From contig CAVZQM010000005.1 in NCBI GenBank assembly GCA_963777495.1, positions 15,401-79,400 of the forward strand: a stretch of DNA of 64,000 nt, given 5' to 3'. Of this stretch, positions 58,875 through 64,000 are shown one piece after another. This DNA is from an uncultured Actinomycetes bacterium (lineage in GTDB: Bacteria > Actinomycetota > UBA4738 > HRBIN12). The notes beneath the pieces are model-generated. The model was not told where the DNA came from and made no database searches. It was given only the letters and a program-made list of their open reading frames with translations. The stretch's first letter is position 1, and every line of letters begins with the position of its first letter. A program made the position numbers and the translations under genes.

Positions 58875-59871
58875 TCAGACCTCGGTCTCGGAGTGCTCGC
58901 GGTACTCGTAGGCCGACATCGCCTTGCCGGTCGCGGACTTCCATTCGCGCTCCTCGGCCGGGAGCTTGCCGAGCACCTTCGCCATGGCGCGGACGTGTCC
59001 CTGCACCGATCCGCAGCACGACCCGATGTAGTTGATGCCCGCCTCGCTCGCCTGCCGGGCGAAGTCGGCCATCTCCTTGCGGGACACCTGCAACGGGTCG
59101 AGCTCGTACGGGAAGTTCCCCGTGGCGGTGAAGTCCGGCTGCTCGGCCGTGGTGCGGTACGCCACCGGCTGCGCGGCGACGTAGCCGTCCACCGCGCCGC
59201 GCATCTCGACGGCGATCGGCAGCATCTGCTCCGGACCGTTGAGGCAGTTGACGCCGACGATGTCGGCGCCCGCATCGGCGAGCTTGCGCGCGCAGTCGGC
59301 GGGCGAGTCGCCCTCGTAGGACACCGGCTCCGGCTGCTCGAAGCACATCGTCACCATGACCGGCAGCCCGGTGGCCTTCGCGCGCTCGACGAACAGCGAT
59401 CGCCTCGCCGACGAAGGAGAACGTCTCGCCGATCCAGAAGTCGACGCCGCCCGCGTCGAGCTGGTCCTGGAGCTGACGGTCGAACAGCGCCCGCACGTGG
59501 TCGGCGCTCGCCGGGTCCTCGGGCTCGTAGGCCCACGTGAGACAGAGGTTGCCGGCGACGAGCGCGTCGCCCTCGGCCGCGACCTTCCGCGCGATCTGCA
59601 CGGCGTTGCGGTTGATGTCGTCGACCTTGCCCTCCAGGCCGACCGTCGCGAGCTTGTCGTCGCTGGCGTAGAACGTCATCGTCTGGAGCACGTCGACGCC
59701 GGCGCGCAGGAACTCGCGATGCAGCTGCTCCAGCGCGTCGGGGTGCTCGATCACGACCTCGGGCGTGAACGGGCCGGCCTGCACGTAGCCGCGCTTCTCC
59801 AGCTCCAGCAGGTAGCCGCCGTCGCCCAGCACGGGGCCCTCGGCGAGCCGTTCCAGGATGCCCTTCGGCAT
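58875..59871 (-). pseudogene. betaine--homocysteine S-methyltransferase-like (Hcy S-methyltransferase domain); one frame change
   Basis: MPKGILERLAEGPVLGDGGYLLELEKRGYVQAGPFTPEVVIEHPDALEQLHREFLRAGVDVLQTMTFYASDDKL...ARKVAAEGDALVAGN aligns closely by eye with animal BHMT (KKGILERLNAGE.V.GDGG...LEKRGYVKAGPWTPEA..EHPEAV.QLHREFLRAG..V.QTFTFYAS.DKL). Zn ligands in IVGVNC and YIGSCCG. Break near 59395. Confidence 0.85.
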
Positions 59872-59956
59872 GTCGATGCACCGTCCCTTCGAAGATGGCG
59901 TTCGGTCAGGGAGTGTAGTGAAGGCCCACGTCCCGAACGTCGTGGCCGGAGTGACC

Positions 59957-61148
59957 TCAGGTCAGATGCGACCGCCACGAAGCCGGCACCTTCCGAGTGA
60001 ACCGGACGTCGCGAGCCCTCAGCCATGCGGCCAACCCGTCGATCGACCGGCGGACGGCGCGCCCCGGCGTCGGCAGGTGCACCCTCCTGGGCATAGACGG
60101 CGTTGACGTCGAGCACCTCGGTCGCTCGGTCGAACCTCGGGTCGATCCGGCCGATCAACCGGTCGCCGTGCAGGATCGGCAAGACGAAGTACCCGAACTC
60201 GCGCTTGGCTTTCGGAACGTAGATCTCCAACCGGAAGCGGAAGCCGAACAGACGCTCGGTGTGATCGCGGTCTGACACCAGGTCGTCGAACGGCGAGAGG
60301 AGCGTCGTGCGCGGGCGGAACGGGCGGTCCAGCAGGTCGGCGTGCACGAACCACGGTCCCTTCAGGTCGCCCACCGTCGCGGGGATCGCCGCACCCTCGT
60401 TGACCAGCCCGGCGAGCGCTCGCTCCCACCCCGGAGCCCGGCCATCGAACATCCAGCCGATCTGCTTGCTCGTCGCCACGCCACGGGCACGCAGGGAACC
60501 GTCCACGACCCGGCGTGCCACCGCGCTCGGCGACGATCGCCGCTGATCGACGGGCACGACCCGCTCGGCCAGGTCCCACAGGCGCTGCTGGCCATCCCGT
60601 CCTGCGACCATCACCTTTCCCTGCGCCCAGAGGATCTCGAGCATCATCGCCGTGTTCTTCCCCTCGTCGTTCCATCCACCGGTTCGCCAACCCTCCACGC
60701 CGCGGTCCTCGAGCTCCCTCGTGCGGAGCGGGCCGCGGCGGCGAAGCTCACCGAGCACGTACCGGCGGAACGACGCGTTCGCCTCCAGCCACCGCCGCCA
60801 GTACGCCCTCCGGCCGGGCTCGCCCGGAACAGATGTCGCGAACCGCCGCATCGAATCACGGTGGATCGCGTAGTCGTCGACGTGAACGATATGCGCCCAG
60901 TATTCGAACAACGAGTGCTCGTCCCACAGCATCCGCTCCAGGTCCGCGATGCGGAACCGCGAGCCAAGCCGGCTCCAGAGCACCAGGTGTTCGGTCCGCG
61001 CGACGGCGCTCGTCGGATCCATCTGCACCTCGCCGAGGCCGCGGACGACCTCCTCGATCGACCGGGGTTGCGGGGAGGACAGCAGTTGGGCTTGGACGGA
61101 CAGGCGGCGAGCCGTCCGCAGGTCGAGGTGCAAAGGCGCGACGGTCAC
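59957..61148 (-). pseudogene. YcaQ/AlkZ-family winged-helix protein (interstrand-crosslink DNA glycosylase family); one frame change
   Basis: GTG 61148 overlaps the upstream stop (GTGA). ...LSVQAQLL...VQMDPTSAVARTEHLVLWSRLG...LFEYWAHIVHV...LSPFDDLVSDRDHTERLFGFRFRLEIYVPKAKREFGYFVLPILHGDRLIGRIDPRFDR matches E. coli YcaQ blocks (LSPFDP..WDR.R...LF.F.YRLE.Y.P..KR.YGYFVLP.LH...LVGR.D). The C-terminus ...VRRSIDGLAAWLRARDVRFTRKV...* (TGA 59959-59957) is in another frame. Break near 60055. Confidence 0.8.
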
Positions 61149-62362
61149 TCGTCGGCCGGATCCTCGTCTGAGCCTTCCTTCCGCATCCTGTCGCGCACGC
61201 GCTCGATGGGTCCCGGGCCTTCCGACCGCGCCGGTCGCGACTCCGAGGTCAGCTCGGTCTCCACGACGTCGTACCGCTTGGTATAGGCGCCGGCCACTGC
61301 CTGGAGCACACCGGCGACAGGCAAGGCGAGGAACGCCGCCAGGATCCCGCCGAGCGCGCCGCCGAGCAGCGCGGCCGCGAACGCCAGGGCAGGATGCAAG
61401 GCCATCGTCTTGGCGGTGATGCGCGGGCTGAGGAAGTAGTTCTCGATCTGCTGGTAGATCAGGATGTACGCGAGCGCGGCGATGCCCGCCGTCCACGAGA
61501 GCAACGACGCGACCAGGATCGGTGGCGATCCCCGCGAGGTAGGTGCCGACGATCGGGATGAACGCCGCCACCAGACCCTCGAAGATCGCGAGCGGCGCGG
61601 CGAACGGCACGCTGAAGACGCGCAAGCGTGATGTACATGCCCACGCCGTTGATCACGGCGAGCAAGAGCCGCGAGTAGAAGTACCCGCCGGTCTTCTCGA
61701 TCGCTTGGTCCCAGACGAACAGCACCCGCTCCTGGTTCTTCGGCGGCAGCGCGCTACACACGGCTCGCCGGAGCTTCGGCCCTTCCGCCACGATGTAGAA
61801 CGTGAACAGCGCGATCGTCGCCCAGCGGAAGATCCCGCCGAGGATCGAGGCGGCGATGCCGAACACGTTGCCGGCCAGGCTGCTGGCGGCACCCGCCAGG
61901 TCCTGCGCGTTCTGCTGGATCTGATCGGTCAGGTTCTCCGCCGAGATGTTCCAACCGAGGTCGTTCGCGAACTTGACCAGCCGGTCGACCAGATCCGGCG
62001 CCGCCTCGATCAGCTGCATCGCGCCGGTCACGATCGCGGGGATGACCAGTGCCACCAGCCCGACGCCGGCCAGGAACACGATGAAGAAGATCAGCCCGGT
62101 CGCGACGCCGCGGCGCCATCCCCTGGCGGCGAACCAGTTCACACCGGGCTCCAGAGCGAACGACAGGAAGAACGCCGTGAAGATGATGCCGAAGAAGCTG
62201 GTGAGCTTGCCGGCGAGCGCGATGATCAACAACGCGGAGACCGGCGCCCACCACGATCACGACGATGCCGCGGATGGTCAGTTGCCGGAGCAGTGGATGC
62301 ACCCACGCCGGCAGGTCGGCATCGTCGTCAGCTCGGCTCGGCGTGCGGGGGCGGTTCCACAC
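61145..62362 (-). pseudogene. AI-2E family transporter, paralogue 2; three frame changes
   Basis: GTG 62362. ...LTIRGIVVIVVGAG, then IIALAGKLTSFFGIIFTAFFLSFALEPGVNWFAARGWRRGVATGLIFFIVFLAGVGL...FYIVAEGPKLRRAVCSALPPKNQERVLFVWDQAIEKTGGYFYSRLLLAVINGVGMYITL, then FSVPFAAPLAIFEGLVAAFIPIVGTYLAGI, then LSWTAGIAALAYILIYQQIENYFLSPRITAKTMALHPALAFAAALLGG...acidic tail. Breaks near 62240, 61625 and 61530. Confidence 0.8.
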
Positions 62363-62368
62363 GATCGC

Positions 62369-63759
62369 TCATGCTGTGATCGCGACCGCGAACGACTCGA
62401 AGTTGTCGACGTAGCGCTGCGCGTCCTCGTCGCTCATCACGATCGACGTCGTCCAGCTCTCCCACTTCGATCCCGGCGACTTGAAGACGCCGCGGTTCAG
62501 CTGCCACAGCCACGCGAGCTGCGGGACGCGATCGTCGATCTCCCAGAGGTCGCGGTACTCGTGGATCGGCGTGGAACGCCAGTCGATCGACCCCTTCGCT
62601 CCGAGGCGCTTCATGCTGGCCGGCAATCGGTGCGACGCGATGACGTCCTCGCACCCCGCCAGGACGGCGTTGATCCGTTCGAGCTCTTCGAACGCAGCCT
62701 TGGTCAGCACCTCACTGAGGTTGACCTTCGCCGCCGCCAGCGTGAGCGGGTTGCCGTTGAACGTGCCGACCTGATCCAGCTCGCCGCGGATCACCATGCC
62801 CATCGCTTCTTCGGTGCCGCCGATCGCGCCGCACGGCAGGCCGCCGCCGATCGCCTTCGCCAGGCAGATCAGGTCGGGCACCACGCCGAACGCCTCGACG
62901 GCACCGCCCCAGGCCACCGTGCATCCGGTCTTGACCTCGTCGAACGCGAGGAGCGCGCCGTGACGGTGGCAGATGTCCTTCAGCGACTGCAGGTAGCCGG
63001 GATCGGGGAGCACGAGGCCGCAGTTGGTCATGGCCGGCTCGACGATCATGCCCGCGATCTGCTCCGGGTGCTCGACGAACGCCCGCTCGGCGGCGGCCGC
63101 GTCGTTGAACGGAACCGCCACCACCAGGTCGACGAACTCCTCCGGCAGACCGAGCGTCTGCGGGACCGACGCGGGATGGTCGCGCGGACCCGCCTTGTCC
63201 TCCGGCGGGAACACCGAGACCATCAGCGAGTCGTGGTGGCCGTGGTACGTCCCCTCGATCTTCAGGATCAGCTTGCGTCCGGTGAGCGCGCGCATGATCC
63301 GCACGGCATCAAGCGTCGACTCGGTCCCCGAGTTGCCGAAGCGCCAGTACGGCAGCTCGAAGCGCTCGGCCAGCAGGTCGGCCACGATCAGCGCGTCCTC
63401 GGTCGGCTGCGCGAAGTGCGTTCCCAGCGCGACCCGGTCGCGCACCGCCTCGACGATCTTCGGATGCGCGTGGCCCATCACCATGACGCCGTAGCCGTTG
63501 TGGTAGTCGACGTACTCGTTCCCGTCGATGTCCCACACGTGCGACGCCCTCGCCCCGCCGGACGTAGATCGGGTGCGGCGGCCACGACTGCCACGAGGAG
63601 CTGACGCCGCCCGGCAAGCGGCGAGTCGGCCTCTTCCCGGTACGACAGGCTCCGCCGGTGCTTCTCGTCGAGCGCCGCGGTCTCGACCGCGAGCAGTCGC
63701 TCCACCAAGTCCATGTCGATCTGCGCCACGTCGCGCTCCGTGCTCGTCGCCAGGTTCAC
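62369..63759 (-). pseudogene. class III (glutamate-1-semialdehyde aminomutase-like) PLP aminotransferase; two frame changes
   Basis: GTG 63759 overlaps the upstream stop. ...[29 protein letters not shown], then [22 protein letters not shown], then [32 protein letters not shown]...FGNSGTESTLDAVRIMRALTGR...LAFDEVKTG...DLICLAKAIGGGLP (PLP-Lys)...GTFNGNPL. Breaks near 63610 and 63540. Confidence 0.8.
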
Positions 63760-64000
63760 ACCCCCGAGACGGCCATCAGGTCGTCGAGGATCGTGGGGAA
63801 CGAACCGAGGATGAGCGACAGGTGACCCTCGTCGTCGAAGAGGCGCGCCGTCGCTCCCGCGCACGTTCGCGGCCAGCCATTCGCCGTGCGAGAACGGCAC
63901 CATGCGGTCCTGCGCACCCTGCCACACGGTCACGCGAACGCGGATGTCCGCGAGGTCGAACCCCCACGGGCGCGAGAACGCGATGTCGTCGTCGAACCAT
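63756..64000 (-). pseudogene. alpha/beta-hydrolase-like protein, C-terminal part (5' end outside window); one frame change
   Basis: ...[46 protein letters not shown], then [30 protein letters not shown] (TGA 63758-63756). The tail pattern (...HLS...) is typical of alpha/beta hydrolases. Family tentative. Confidence 0.45.

Overview
Very GC-rich chromosomal segment with the gene content and order of a core region of a high-GC actinobacterium (Actinomycetota). The minus strand carries the conserved run valS-folC-ndk ... mreB-mreC-mreD-mrdA(PBP2)-rodA ... rne-rplU-rpmA-obg-nadD-LCP-rsfS. A plus-strand fatty-acid synthesis operon (fabD, MBL-fold hydrolase, fabH, fabG, acpP, fabF) interrupts it. 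Further along are an AI-2E permease, clpX-clpP-tig, an IMPase/OCD/aminotransferase/Tag group and a TetR-Rieske oxygenase pair. An iron module follows (efeUOB, a divergent DtxR-type repressor, Dps, a FhuF-like reductase), interleaved with azlCD and an OmpR-type two-component pair. The window ends with purEK, a BHMT-like plus sarcosine-oxidase-like pair, and a tight hydrolase/aminotransferase/AI-2E/YcaQ gene string. There are four tRNAs (Ala-GGC, Pro-TGG, Gly-TCC, Arg-TCT). I see no rRNA, CRISPR array, transposase, integrase or phage block. The dominant anomaly is that about half of the genes, including essential ones, can only be read by hopping between frames, and these breaks cluster in blocks. 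This is most simply consensus indel error, so I label such genes pseudogene, meaning 'frame-broken as sequenced'. I do not find a convincing new multi-gene system. The most novel-looking items are (i) a 19-codon Cys-rich ORF divergent from an ArsR/SmtB repressor, (ii) a 15-nt motif TTAGRY-N4-CGAAG present as tandem pairs upstream of two iron genes, (iii) a receiver-first histidine kinase between rodA and rne, and (iv) an MBL-fold hydrolase translationally coupled inside the fab operon. All family calls come from reading the translations by eye. No database search was run.
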